A DNA stretch of 64,000 nt from NCBI GenBank assembly GCA_023142595.1, contig JAGLJF010000003.1, forward strand, positions 3,873-67,872, in the 5' to 3' direction. Made by a program: the position numbers and the translations under genes. Positions 1 through 9,891 of this stretch are shown one piece after another (positions within the stretch are counted from its first letter, which is position 1; each line of letters opens with the position of its first letter). This DNA is from Minisyncoccota bacterium (lineage in GTDB: Bacteria > Patescibacteriota > Minisyncoccia > JAHIHE01 > JAGLIN01). The notes beneath the pieces were generated by a model that saw nothing but the letters and a program-made list of their open reading frames with translations, was not told the origin of the DNA and searched no databases.

Positions 1-142
1 TCAGCCATTGTTTTGTCGTCACCCAATTTCTACCAATTTTCACTCCTTTCAATTTTTCCTGACGACAAAGCAAGCTAATATAATCCTGAGAATAATTTGT
101 CAACTTTGCTGCTTCAGAAAGAGAGATATAATTTTGATCCAT
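1..142 (-). CDS. Helix-turn-helix (excisionase-like) domain protein, N-terminal part; runs off the window edge
   Basis: Manual translation: MDQNYISLSEAAKLTNYSQDYISLLCRQEKLKGVKIGRNWVTTKQWL, typical HTH_17-like start seen in CPR proteins. Confidence 0.75.
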   Translation of the reverse strand, partial: MDQNYISLSEAAKLTNYSQDYISLLCRQEKLKGVKIGRNWVTTKQWL

Positions 143-309
143 GATAATATTAATAGTTTATATTTTTGATTTATAATAATATTAAGTTCTACTTTATGCT
201 ATCTTAAAAATTTTAACTTTATAATTTTATTATACAACGAATTTAAATCTTAAACAATCCTGATTAATTTCTTGACTATTGAATTTTAACTTTCAAAATC
301 ATAAAAAAA

Positions 310-780
310 ATGCTACACTATATCTATAACTACTTACAAAACACAACGATGATTTATCCAATAGTACTTATACCAATAATTATTGGTATAACAACTCAAC
401 TCACAAAATTTTTACTTTCTATTATAAAACATAAAAAAATAGAACTCAAATACCTTCTAATTTCAGGACATATGCCTTCTGCGCATACTGCTTTTGTTGT
501 TTCAATTACGACAATCGTCGGCATTAGAGAAACTATATTCTCAACACTTTTTGCTATTACCTTTGTTTTCTCCTATATCGTAGTTTATGATGCTCTGAAA
601 ATAAGAATAAACATTGGCAAAAATGGCAAAATAATAAACAAACTTGTCAGAGAAATTTCTGGAATAAATGAGGATGATTATCCAATTCTCAGAGAAAGAG
701 TCGGGCACAAGCCTCTCGAAGTTTTGGTCGGCGGAATTTTTGGTTTTCTTATGACGATTTTATTAATTCAATTTTTTTAA
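310..780 (+). CDS. Divergent PAP2 family (DUF212) membrane protein
   Basis: SGHMPSAHTA, YDA and VGHKPLEVLVG motifs. Confidence 0.9.
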   Translation: MLHYIYNYLQNTTMIYPIVLIPIIIGITTQLTKFLLSIIKHKKIELKYLLISGHMPSAHTAFVVSITTIVGIRETIFSTLFAITFVFSYIVVYDALKIRINIGKNGKIINKLVREISGINEDDYPILRERVGHKPLEVLVGGIFGFLMTILLIQFF

Positions 781-812
781 TTGATATTTTGATTTTACCA
801 AAATACAATCTT

Positions 813-867
813 TGGAGTTCAGACTTTAGTCTGTAGGCTGGATTTACAGGTTAAAACCTGGACTCCA
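813..867. repeat. REPIN-like inverted pair of GGAG-tagged hairpins between convergent genes
   Basis: TGGAGTTCAGACTTTAGTCTG...CAGGTTAAAACCTGGACTCCA. Confidence 0.65.
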
Positions 868-893
868 GTTATTTTTTTCATAATATTTTTATT

Positions 894-2204
894 TTATCCT
901 CCAAGCCTTCTGACTTTTTTCAAAACCTGATATATATCATAACCAAATTTATCAATTGCCAAATCATAAGCGCCGATATAGCTTTTTTCTTCTCCTCCAA
1001 AACCTTTTTTGAATTTTGTAATTCCACGCCAAGTCTCCTTTTCTCCGTCAATTGTAATTCCCCAAAAATCATATTTTTTATATCTTGCATTTTTCGCATC
1101 TTGAATTTGTTTCCATTGCAAAAGATATGGCGCCATTAGATTTCTATGCTCATTAGACGATGCTCCATGAAGATAGATCGTCAAATCCCCAAAACACAAA
1201 ACGATATTAGCTGCAATAATTTTTTCCTCATATTCAGCAAGATATAATTTGGCAATTAAATTATAATTATTAATATATGCGCTGTCATTCTGAACTTGAT
1301 TCAGAATCTTTTTTGTATCGCCACTATTTCTTTTAATATTCCCCATGCCTTGTTTTGCGAATTGAAAATTAGATAAACCATCATCACGAACAGATTCTGA
1401 AATGAATTCAGAATGACAATTTGAATCTGTTTTACCGCAAAAACTCAAGTTTTTCAACATCTCCTGATAATAATTTTTATTATGAGAAATAATTTTATTC
1501 CGCTCTGAAGTTTCTTTCGTTAATTCCCAAAAAAATTCAAATTTTTTTCGAAACTCTTCCTGATTTATATCTCCTGATTTATATCTCCTGATCTGCACTC
1601 CCCTTTTTTCAGCCAATCGAATATTATAACGAGTTTTCTGTTTCATTTCTTTCAATAAATCTTCTTCTGATTTTTCAAGATTTAATATTAAAGTATCTTT
1701 TGGCTGAATTTCAGACGGTGATTTTTTTAAATTAGTAAAATGTTCATAATTCTTATGCTGGCTCCATAGTCCCTTTAGGGCTGTGAAGCCTGTTTGCAAA
1801 AGTCTTGCATTTGGGTTCCACAGCCCTTCGGGACTATGGAACCAGCGAGAAATCGGCGGATCAATTCTCAAAAATATACTTTTTTCTTTTCTGACAATTT
1901 TTTTAATTTCAACAAACAAGAAATCATAAACGCTTGATATTTGAGAATTAACGATTGTAATATTTATCACAGGACCACGCGGACAATATAAATAACTTTT
2001 TCCAAACGGAAGATTATGCTTTATTAAAAGAGCTACAGCCACCAACTTATCTTCATCTTTAACCCCAATTCTAAATATTTTTCTTCCTATAACTTTTTGA
2101 AATTCTCCCCACTGCCAAGACTGCAAAAAACTTTCTGAACTGTTGAAAACTATAAATTTATTCCAGTCCTCTTTTTGATTTTCTCCTATTTCAATTATTT
2201 TCAT
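894..2204 (-). CDS. FemAB/FemX family peptidoglycan peptidyltransferase with two in-frame palindromic-repeat insertions
   Basis: FLQSWQWGEF, YCPRGP, MKQKTRYNIRLAEKRGV, YLHGASS, YDFWG and FKKGFGG motifs. Confidence 0.92.
   Translation of the reverse strand: MKIIEIGENQKEDWNKFIVFNSSESFLQSWQWGEFQKVIGRKIFRIGVKDEDKLVAVALLIKHNLPFGKSYLYCPRGPVINITIVNSQISSVYDFLFVEIKKIVRKEKSIFLRIDPPISRWFHSPEGLWNPNARLLQTGFTALKGLWSQHKNYEHFTNLKKSPSEIQPKDTLILNLEKSEEDLLKEMKQKTRYNIRLAEKRGVQIRRYKSGDINQEEFRKKFEFFWELTKETSERNKIISHNKNYYQEMLKNLSFCGKTDSNCHSEFISESVRDDGLSNFQFAKQGMGNIKRNSGDTKKILNQVQNDSAYINNYNLIAKLYLAEYEEKIIAANIVLCFGDLTIYLHGASSNEHRNLMAPYLLQWKQIQDAKNARYKKYDFWGITIDGEKETWRGITKFKKGFGGEEKSYIGAYDLAIDKFGYDIYQVLKKVRRLGG
1283..1418. 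repeat. TGTC-family double-hairpin element (type A), in frame in femX
   Basis: TGTCATTCTGAACTTGATTCAGAATCT...AGATTCTGAAATGAATTCAGAATGACA; encodes CHSEFISES...ILNQVQND. Confidence 0.9.
1757..1846. repeat. 90-bp REPIN-like inverted pair (family C), in frame in femX
   Basis: GGCTCCATAGTCCCTTTAGGGCTGTGAAGCC...GGTTCCACAGCCCTTCGGGACTATGGAACC; same unit at about 42448 and 42858. Confidence 0.85.
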
Positions 2205-2228
2205 AATAAATTTTATTATTTTTTATCC

Positions 2229-2475
2229 GGAGTGTTAAACGAAGAGATAACGAAGTTTAACTGAAGTATCACATCTTTCCTGCACTCGGTAGAATTCCAT
2301 TTTATTACATTCTACACTCCCGTTTTTTTCGGAATGTTAAACGCGGAATTTATTGTTTGTTGAAATGTTAAAATTATTTTCTGGAGTGTTAAACGAAGAG
2401 ATAACGAAGTTTAACCGCAATATCATTTTATGCCCGTGTTTAGTAAAACTACATTTTATTTCATTATACGATTCC
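2229..2475. repeat. Two ~92-bp repeats (family F) plus a partial copy downstream of the RAYT
   Basis: GGAGTGTTAAACGAAGAGATAACGAAGTTTAAC...ACACTCC at 2229-2320 and 2383-2475; partial at 2331. Confidence 0.9.
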
Positions 2476-2477
2476 AT

Positions 2478-3014
2478 TTAATCATCTTCTTTAATTGTAA
2501 AATCATAAATCGAATATCTTTCAAAACAATCACTCATCCATTCTTCACCTTTTTCTTTAATTATTCTGCTATAACTACAAAATTTACAATTCAAAACTTC
2601 TTCCTGCTTATTAACATATTTATGTTTTACCAAATTATGATGAATATAATTCAAATGCAATAGAAAATCTTTTTCATCTCGAAGACAATAATCCCAATAT
2701 TGATACCATACTTTTCTGCCTTTTTTGTTTGACATTTTATTCAACTCTTTCGAAGAGAGCGCGTGAAAATCTTTAATGAGATATTTTAAATCATTTCCCT
2801 TGTTCGTTTTAATTATAATATGATAATGATTATCTAAAATCACAAAAGCATAAAGCAAGTATTTATATCTTTCAAGAACATTGTTTAAAGTCTTTATAAT
2901 CACTTTCTTTTTGTCCTCAGTGTTAAAAATTTTTACACTTTTAACAGTTCTTGCTGAAATAAAATAAAATGTATTATCTTGATAAATATGTAAAGGGCTG
3001 TGCTTTTTATACAT
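2478..3014 (-). mobile_element. REP-associated tyrosine transposase (RAYT, Y1 HUH transposase)
   Basis: FYFISART, VILDNHYH (HUH), VWYQYWDYCLRDEKD, NYIHHNLVKH; flanked by family F repeats. Confidence 0.88.
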
Positions 3015-3047
3015 TTATTTTATATTAATAATTTTCGCTAAACCGCT

Positions 3048-3139
3048 GGAGCGTTAAACGAAGAGATAACGAAGTTTAACTGCAGTATCACATCTTTTTC
3101 ATATTCGATAGAACTACATTTCATTTCGTTCTATACTCC
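3048..3139. repeat. Third family F repeat, upstream of the RAYT
   Basis: GGAGCGTTAAACGAAGAGATAACGAAGTTTAACTGCAGTATCACATC...TTCTATACTCC. Confidence 0.9.
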
Positions 3140-3146
3140 AAAATTA

Positions 3147-4211
3147 TTATCTCAATTTCAAATTCGCATCTGCCTTTACGCTTTTCCAATTCTTAATCCC
3201 TTTATTTTTCTCAACATATTTATAAGCCGCAATGGCAATCATCAAAGCATTGTCTGATGTTAATTTTGACGTTGGGAAAGAAAAACCGCAAAGAGGTAAA
3301 TCTGATTTTATCGCTTCGGCTAATACTTTTTGCAATTTTTTATTTGCTGAAACCCCTCCTCCTAAAACAATGTTTTTTACTTTATGTTTTTGTGCCGCTT
3401 TGATGGTTTTAGAAACAAGCACATCAAAAGCCGCCTTCTGAAAAGATGCTACAACGTCTTGTTTATATTGGTCATTATAGAGACGCATAGATGCTGCATC
3501 TCTACAGCTTTGAACCTCATATAAAACCGCAGTTTTCAACCCTGAAAAAGAAAAATTATAATCGCCACTATTCATCATCGGTCGCGGAAATTTTATTTTT
3601 TCTTCATCTCCCTGTTTTGCCATTTTTTCAATAATAGGTCCCCCAGGATAACCGAGTTCCAAAAGCTTGGCAACCTTGTCAAAAGCTTCTCCCACCGCAT
3701 CATCCAAAGTTTCTCCAAGAACTTTATAATTCAAATCCTTTTTCATAAGAATGATTTGAGTGTGTCCACCAGAAACTGTCAGACAAAGAATCGGAAATTC
3801 TGCTTCCCATAATTTATTATTTTTTGCATCAGATTTCTTAAGCCAATTTGCATAAATATGTCCTTCAATGTGATGAATTCCAATTAATGGTTTCCCCAAA
3901 CCATAAGCAAGAGCTTTGGCAGCTCCAACACCAACCATCAAAGCAGGAATCAATCCAGGACCATTCGTCACGGCAACATAATCAATTTTTTTCTTGCTTA
4001 TTTTTGCATTACGAAAAGCTCTTTCCAAAATTGAAGTAATGTTTTTTAAATGCATTCTTGAAGCCAAAGACGGAACAACTCCACCAAATTTACTATGCAT
4101 TTTGACTTGAGAAGAAACTATATTTGCCAAAACCTTAGCACCTCCATTTTTAAATTCAACAATAGCAACCGCTGTTTCATCACAAGAAGTTTCAATCGAC
4201 AAAATAATCAT
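3147..4211 (-). CDS. tsaD: tRNA threonylcarbamoyladenosine biosynthesis protein TsaD
   Basis: IETSCDETA, HHIEGH, VSGGHT, DDAVGEAFDK, FSFSGLKT and SDNA motifs. Confidence 0.97.
   Translation of the reverse strand: MIILSIETSCDETAVAIVEFKNGGAKVLANIVSSQVKMHSKFGGVVPSLASRMHLKNITSILERAFRNAKISKKKIDYVAVTNGPGLIPALMVGVGAAKALAYGLGKPLIGIHHIEGHIYANWLKKSDAKNNKLWEAEFPILCLTVSGGHTQIILMKKDLNYKVLGETLDDAVGEAFDKVAKLLELGYPGGPIIEKMAKQGDEEKIKFPRPMMNSGDYNFSFSGLKTAVLYEVQSCRDAASMRLYNDQYKQDVVASFQKAAFDVLVSKTIKAAQKHKVKNIVLGGGVSANKKLQKVLAEAIKSDLPLCGFSFPTSKLTSDNALMIAIAAYKYVEKNKGIKNWKSVKADANLKLR
3477..3505. repeat. GTAG-type REP (family E), in frame in tsaD
   Basis: Minus strand GTAGAGATGCAGCATCTATGCGTCTCTAT; encodes CRDAASMRLY; matches REPs around RAYT 28586-29203. 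Confidence 0.8.
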
Positions 4212-4300
4212 AAAACTGTTTTAAACAATTTAATCTACTAATATTCTAACATATATCGCAATAATCTCATAAAATTATACAAGTCTTATTAATATTTATT

Positions 4301-4329
4301 TTGACTTTTTTGCCCTAAAAAGCTAAACT
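4301..4329 (+). promoter_or_regulatory. Sigma70-like promoter for clpB
   Basis: TTGACT-17 bp-TAAACT. Confidence 0.5.
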
Positions 4330-4366
4330 TAAGTAAAGAAATTTTTTATTATATAACAATAAATAT

Positions 4367-7012
4367 ATGATAAATCCAAATAAATTTACCACAAAATCAC
4401 AAGAAGCGATTGCTTCTGCGCATTCAATCGCATCTGAACATAATCAACAACAAGTTGACGCACTTCATCTTCTTCTTGCTCTTTTAACTCAAGAAGGTGG
4501 AGTTGTTCTATCAATTCTCAATAAGCTTGATGTACAGATAAATTTTATACAAGCCGAAATTGAAACTGGAATTGGAAATATTGAAAAAATTCAATCACCA
4601 CCTAAAGCAACAGGACAAGTATATCTCACTCCCTATCTTGGACAAATTCTTGAAAATTCACAAAAAGAAGCAGAGAAGCTTAAGGATGATTTTATCAGTA
4701 CAGAACATATTTTACTTTCCATGACTGAAACTAATGGTAATGTAAAAAATATTCTTGAAAAATTTAGCGTCACTTATGAAAATATTTTGAAAGTTCTTGT
4801 TGATGTCAGGGGCTCTCAAAGAGTGTCGGACAGCGAGCCTGAAAGTAAGTTTCAAGTTCTTGAAAAATATGCTCAAAATCTGACGAAACTCGCTAAAGAG
4901 GAAAAGCTTGATCCTGTTATCGGCAGAGATGAAGAAATCCGAAGGGTAATGCAAGTGATTTCCAGAAGAACAAAGAATAATCCAGTTCTAATTGGTGAAG
5001 CTGGAACTGGAAAAACCGCCATCGTCGAAGGACTAGCTCAAAGAATTGTAGCAGGTGATGTTCCTGAATCGTTAAAAAACAAAGATTTAATTGCTCTTGA
5101 TTTGGGCTCTTTGATTGCAGGCACAAAATTTAGAGGTGAGTTTGAAGAAAGACTAAAAGCAGTTCTCAAAGAAGTTGAACAATCCACGGGAAAAATAATT
5201 CTTTTTATTGATGAGCTTCATACCCTAGTTGGAGCTGGCGCTTCGGAAGGTTCAATGGACGCTTCTAACATGCTCAAACCACTTCTAGCTAGAGGGAAAT
5301 TACACACTATTGGAGCAACAACCCTCAAAGAATACCAAAAATATATTGAAAAAGACGCTGCGCTTGAAAGAAGATTCCAGCCTGTTTATGTAAAAGAACC
5401 AAGTATTGAAGACACCATTTCAATACTCAGAGGAATAAAAGAAAAATACGAAGTCCATCACGGAGTAAGAATTAAAGATTCTGCGCTTGTTAGCGCTGCA
5501 ACTTTATCTTCTCGATATGTTTCTGATAGATTTCTTCCAGACAAAGCCGTTGATTTAATCGACGAAGCGGCATCCTCTCTTCGAATGGAAATTGACAGCA
5601 TGCCAGCAGAACTTGATAAGATGAAAAGAGAAACTCGCAGATTTGAAATTGAAAAGAAAGCGCTCAAAAAAGAAAAGGATAGGGAATCAAAAGAAAGACT
5701 AGAAGAACTCGAAAAAACAATTGCAGATTTGAAAGAACAAAGTAAAGATATTGAAATTCAATGGAAAAATGAAAAAGAGATAATTTCAAAAATTCGAACA
5801 TCAACAAAAGAAATTGAAAAGCTCAGACAAGAAGCTGAGATTGCTGATCGAAACGCGCAACTTCAAAAAGTGGCTGAAATCAGATATGGCAAAATTCCCA
5901 ATCTTGAAAAAAACATCAAAAAAGAAAAGTCAAGACTTCAAAAAATCCAAGGCGAAAGACCAATTTTGAAAGAGGAAGTTGATGACGAAGATATTGCTAA
6001 AGTAGTTTCTCGTTGGACTGGTATTCCAGCGAATAGAATGATGCAAGAAGAATCTCAAAAACTTTCTCATATGGAAGAGGACTTATCTCAAAGAGTTATC
6101 GGACAAAAAAAAGCCATCAAAGTTGTTTCCAATGCAGTAAGAAGAAATCGTGCTGGAATTTCTGAAGAAAACAAACCAATTGGTTCATTTATTTTTATGG
6201 GACCGACTGGAGTTGGTAAAACTGAACTTGCAAAAGCGCTCGCCGAATTTATGTTTGAAAGTGAAGATGCAATTATCAGAATTGACATGAGCGAATATAT
6301 GGAACGCCATGCAGTTGCAAAAATGATTGGCTCCCCTCCTGGATATGTCGGATTTGAAGAAGGAGGACAACTTACTGAGCAAATTCGCAGAAGACCTTAT
6401 AGTGTGATTCTCTTTGATGAAATCGAAAAAGCTCATCCAGATGTTTTTAATATATTCTTGCAAATTTTAGATAATGGAAGGTTAACTGATGCGAAAGGAA
6501 GGGTCGTGAATTTCAAAAACTCAATTATCATTATGACATCGAATATTGGGAATGAAGTCATTGAAGAATATTCATCGCTTGGCTTTGTTAATCGCGATAG
6601 CAAAAAAACTATCGAAGAAAAAGAATTTGAAAATAAAATCAAAGGAGAATTAAAAAATCATTTTAAACCAGAATTTCTGAATCGTATTGACGAAACAGTA
6701 ATTTTCCATTCTCTGTCTAAAAAAGAAATATCTCGAATTGTTGACTTGCAACTTGAAATTGTTTCAAAAAGACTTGCCAAGCAAAATATCAAAATTCAAG
6801 TGACTGACAAAGCAAAAAAATTAATATCAAAAAATGGATATGAACCATCATTCGGCGCAAGACCCCTAAAAAGAGCTATTCAAAATGAAATTCTTGATGA
6901 ATTAGCGCTCCAAATTATTGAAGGAAAAATAAAAGAAGATGACACAATCGTCATTGATGTAAAGAAAGACAAAATTGTTTTCAATAATGAAAAAATTAAT
7001 GAAAAAAAATAA
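4367..7012 (+). CDS. clpB: ATP-dependent chaperone ClpB
   Basis: Clp N domain, two AAA modules ([16 protein letters not shown]) and long coiled-coil M domain. Confidence 0.97.
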   Translation: MINPNKFTTKSQEAIASAHSIASEHNQQQVDALHLLLALLTQEGGVVLSILNKLDVQINFIQAEIETGIGNIEKIQSPPKATGQVYLTPYLGQILENSQKEAEKLKDDFISTEHILLSMTETNGNVKNILEKFSVTYENILKVLVDVRGSQRVSDSEPESKFQVLEKYAQNLTKLAKEEKLDPVIGRDEEIRRVMQVISRRTKNNPVLIGEAGTGKTAIVEGLAQRIVAGDVPESLKNKDLIALDLGSLIAGTKFRGEFEERLKAVLKEVEQSTGKIILFIDELHTLVGAGASEGSMDASNMLKPLLARGKLHTIGATTLKEYQKYIEKDAALERRFQPVYVKEPSIEDTISILRGIKEKYEVHHGVRIKDSALVSAATLSSRYVSDRFLPDKAVDLIDEAASSLRMEIDSMPAELDKMKRETRRFEIEKKALKKEKDRESKERLEELEKTIADLKEQSKDIEIQWKNEKEIISKIRTSTKEIEKLRQEAEIADRNAQLQKVAEIRYGKIPNLEKNIKKEKSRLQKIQGERPILKEEVDDEDIAKVVSRWTGIPANRMMQEESQKLSHMEEDLSQRVIGQKKAIKVVSNAVRRNRAGISEENKPIGSFIFMGPTGVGKTELAKALAEFMFESEDAIIRIDMSEYMERHAVAKMIGSPPGYVGFEEGGQLTEQIRRRPYSVILFDEIEKAHPDVFNIFLQILDNGRLTDAKGRVVNFKNSIIIMTSNIGNEVIEEYSSLGFVNRDSKKTIEEKEFENKIKGELKNHFKPEFLNRIDETVIFHSLSKKEISRIVDLQLEIVSKRLAKQNIKIQVTDKAKKLISKNGYEPSFGARPLKRAIQNEILDELALQIIEGKIKEDDTIVIDVKKDKIVFNNEKINEKK

Positions 7013-7799
7013 TCTTATCATTTTGAAAATCGGTGGATCTGTGATTACTGATAAAAAAAATGATAATAAAAAAATAAACAGAAAAATTCTCAGAAGAATA
7101 TCTCGCGAAATAGCTTGGGCTCAAAAAGAAAAAAACTTTGCGCTCATTATTGTTCATGGCGTTGGACCATTTGGACACAAATTGGCAAAAAAATTTAATC
7201 TCCACAAAGGATATAAAAATAATTTACAGATCAAAGCACTTTCTGAAATCTACGAAAGTCTTCAAAAACTAAACACAGAAATAGGCATCTATCTTAAAAA
7301 AGAAAAGGTAAATACAGTTAGTTTTAAACAATCTTCGGCATGGATGCTCGAAAATAAAAGACTTATCAATGCAGATTTATCAATAATTAAAAAACATTTA
7401 GACTTTGGCATTGTTCCAATTTTACACGGAGATGTTTTAATGGATACAAAACTTGGTTTCAGCGTTCTTTCTGGAGATCAAATCGTTTCCTATTTAGCAA
7501 AAAAATTAACAGCAAAAAAGGTCGTAGTTGGAACAGATGTTGATGGTGTTTTTAACAATGACCCAAAATTAGATAAACACGCCAAGATTATTAAAATGTT
7601 TAATTCTCAGCATAAAGATAAATTATCTCTAGGAGGATCAATTTCTACAGATGTCACTGGTGGAATGAAAGGTAAAATTGATGAGCTAATTGAACTTTCA
7701 AAATTCGGGATTGAATCAGAAATCATAAATATTGCAAAACCAAATATTTTAAAAAAATCCCTCTATGGAAAAAACGGTCTCGGAACAATCATAAAATAA
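6999..7799 (+). CDS. Isopentenyl phosphate kinase (amino-acid kinase family)
   Basis: [43 protein letters not shown]; ATG at 6999 preferred over TTG at 6975. Confidence 0.8.
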   Translation: MKKNNLIILKIGGSVITDKKNDNKKINRKILRRISREIAWAQKEKNFALIIVHGVGPFGHKLAKKFNLHKGYKNNLQIKALSEIYESLQKLNTEIGIYLKKEKVNTVSFKQSSAWMLENKRLINADLSIIKKHLDFGIVPILHGDVLMDTKLGFSVLSGDQIVSYLAKKLTAKKVVVGTDVDGVFNNDPKLDKHAKIIKMFNSQHKDKLSLGGSISTDVTGGMKGKIDELIELSKFGIESEIINIAKPNILKKSLYGKNGLGTIIK

Positions 7800-7805
7800 A
7801 AATAA

Positions 7806-8669
7806 ATGAAACTACTCAAGCATCTAAAAATTATCATTCCCTCATTCATATTTTTTACAATGATGGAGATTTTTTTTGAAAACTCAGCATCATTTGATTC
7901 ATTAATAGTTCTTTTGCTAATATCAGTTCTCAGCGCTTTTTGGATAACAAAATATAAATTTCTTCCAATTATTTTAACCTCACTATTTTCTTTGGGAAGT
8001 ATTTTATTTTTGTTAATATTAGGAGATATATCCGAACCCTCTTTGTTGGGTTTTGAACGACTATTTCTTCAACAAGAAAATGCATTTCAACATTTTTATA
8101 TAATTTCATCTTCAATTATATTCGCCTTTTCATTAATTGGTCTTGAAAGATTTTTCTTACAGCAAGAAAAATGGATGGAACAAAAAGAAGTCAAACTAAA
8201 TCTCTTGGATTCAGGATATAATTTAAACCAGACAATAATGCTTATTTCGATTTTTCTAATATCATCGGGATCCTATGGTATATATATTATCCTTGACTTT
8301 CCAGCTTGGATTATTATGCTAATTATATTTTTATCCATTTTCTTTTCCACTCTGTATCTCACAAAAATCAATTTTATAAAAAGCAAAGCAAGCGGAATTC
8401 ATCTTAATTCAGCAAAAAACAAAACATTTAATTTATACTCTTTTCTACTCGGATTTATCATGTTAGAATTAGTTTGGGCATTAAGTTTTTGGCCAGCTAG
8501 TCACTTAGTAATCGGCTCTATAATTCTTTCTGCTTATTACTGTTTTTGGAATATACTCAAAATTTATCTCAAAAATGAATTTTCAAGAAAAACTGTTTTT
8601 TTAAATTTATCATTTTTTATTATATTTATCGGACTGATTATTTTAATTCAGGATTGGCAAATAAAATAA
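7806..8669 (+). CDS. Polytopic membrane protein of unknown function
   Basis: Many hydrophobic segments; ELVWALSFWP motif of a CPR-conserved membrane family. Confidence 0.7.
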   Translation: MKLLKHLKIIIPSFIFFTMMEIFFENSASFDSLIVLLLISVLSAFWITKYKFLPIILTSLFSLGSILFLLILGDISEPSLLGFERLFLQQENAFQHFYIISSSIIFAFSLIGLERFFLQQEKWMEQKEVKLNLLDSGYNLNQTIMLISIFLISSGSYGIYIILDFPAWIIMLIIFLSIFFSTLYLTKINFIKSKASGIHLNSAKNKTFNLYSFLLGFIMLELVWALSFWPASHLVIGSIILSAYYCFWNILKIYLKNEFSRKTVFLNLSFFIIFIGLIILIQDWQIK

Positions 8670-8729
8670 ATAAATCCAATAATTAATATATGCAATAACA
8701 AAAATTAAATTATATCTAAGTAAAAATAA

Positions 8730-9665
8730 ATGAAAAATATTACTATAAAATCTCTGAGAGATAAACAGAACGAAAACGACGAAAATTCAGCAGAAACTTT
8801 TTTCAAAAAACCAAAAAATGAAATTAAAGAATTGGAAAAAAAATTGCCCAAGCCAAAAAGAGTTAATGCAATTTCAAAAACAATCCTTTCTGTTCTTTTC
8901 GTTCTAATTGTCGGAGGGATTGGAGGAATAACAATAGACAGATTCGCGCTACCATATTTATTATTTAAATATCCAGACCTAAATCAATACGAATTTCTCA
9001 AGAAAGTAAACGAGGGAACAACCGTCTGGGAAGTAATAAAAGAAATAAAAATTTCCCCAGACGAAGCTGTAACAGAGGCTATTAAAAAAGTTTCTCCTTC
9101 TGTAGTTGAGGTTATGGAATTCTCAAGTGAAGAAAGTTATTCATTCTATAAAGGATCAGGAATAATTCTGACTAACGACGGATATATAATAACTTCCATC
9201 GATAATATAACTCCGAAAGAAATAAATTCCGAAGATGAAAAAAGAAATATCATCAAGATAAAACTGAAAAATGAAAAAGTTTATGAAACAGAGCTAATCA
9301 AGGTTAATCTTCCTACTGGACTGGCAATCATCAAAATTGAGGAAAACAATCTTCCTGTTATTGCTTTAAGTGATTCAGAAAATCTTAAATTAGGAGAAAC
9401 AATCATCGTCATAGACAGCGCAGTTGTGACAGATATTGTTTCAAAATTTATTGATGATTATTCTTTAAAGGCAACGACAGAAGAAAATAAACTAATTTTA
9501 CAGAAAAGAATAAAGACTGTAAATTCTTTGAAAAACACATTTGACGGAGCGCCAGTACTGAATACTAAAGGAGAAATTATCGGTATCAGTCAAAGTGGAG
9601 ATTTATTTATCCCAACAAACGAAGTCAAGGATTTCATAGATAGCGTGATGGATAAGAATAATTAA
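8730..9665 (+). CDS. Membrane-anchored trypsin-like (HtrA-type) protein, catalytic triad degenerate
   Basis: KVSPSVV, GSGIILTNDGYIIT, LAIIKI and GAPVLNTKGEIIGI fold motifs. Confidence 0.8.
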   Translation: MKNITIKSLRDKQNENDENSAETFFKKPKNEIKELEKKLPKPKRVNAISKTILSVLFVLIVGGIGGITIDRFALPYLLFKYPDLNQYEFLKKVNEGTTVWEVIKEIKISPDEAVTEAIKKVSPSVVEVMEFSSEESYSFYKGSGIILTNDGYIITSIDNITPKEINSEDEKRNIIKIKLKNEKVYETELIKVNLPTGLAIIKIEENNLPVIALSDSENLKLGETIIVIDSAVVTDIVSKFIDDYSLKATTEENKLILQKRIKTVNSLKNTFDGAPVLNTKGEIIGISQSGDLFIPTNEVKDFIDSVMDKNN

Positions 9666-9693
9666 ACCAAATTTCTTATTTGTAAATGAAGAA

Positions 9694-9772
9694 CCTCGCA
9701 GCAAGCTGCCGAGGTATCAAGAGGAAGAAATCCCTTTTGACAACTCCAACCAATGCAAGCATCGGGGAATTC
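9694..9772. repeat. Pair of short GCAAGC-centred REP-like hairpins
   Basis: CCTCGCAGCAAGCTGCCGAGGTATC and CCAATGCAAGCATCGGGGAATTC. Confidence 0.55.
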
Positions 9773-9797
9773 TATCGATTAAAAAGTCTATATAATT

Positions 9798-9832
9798 AAT
9801 GACGAGCACCTGAAAAAGTGCCCGTCATTTTT
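9798..9832 (+). terminator. Intrinsic terminator
   Basis: AATGACGAGCAC-loop-GTGCCCGTCATT followed by T run. Confidence 0.6.
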
Positions 9833-9891
9833 CTGTTTGTATAAAGCTTAACGACATTATATAATGTAATAAACAAATATAATTATAATAA

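Noticed and set aside
2229-3139. CRISPR-like direct repeats of 33 bp
   Set aside because: The sequence after each repeat is also conserved (92-bp units) and the units flank a RAYT.
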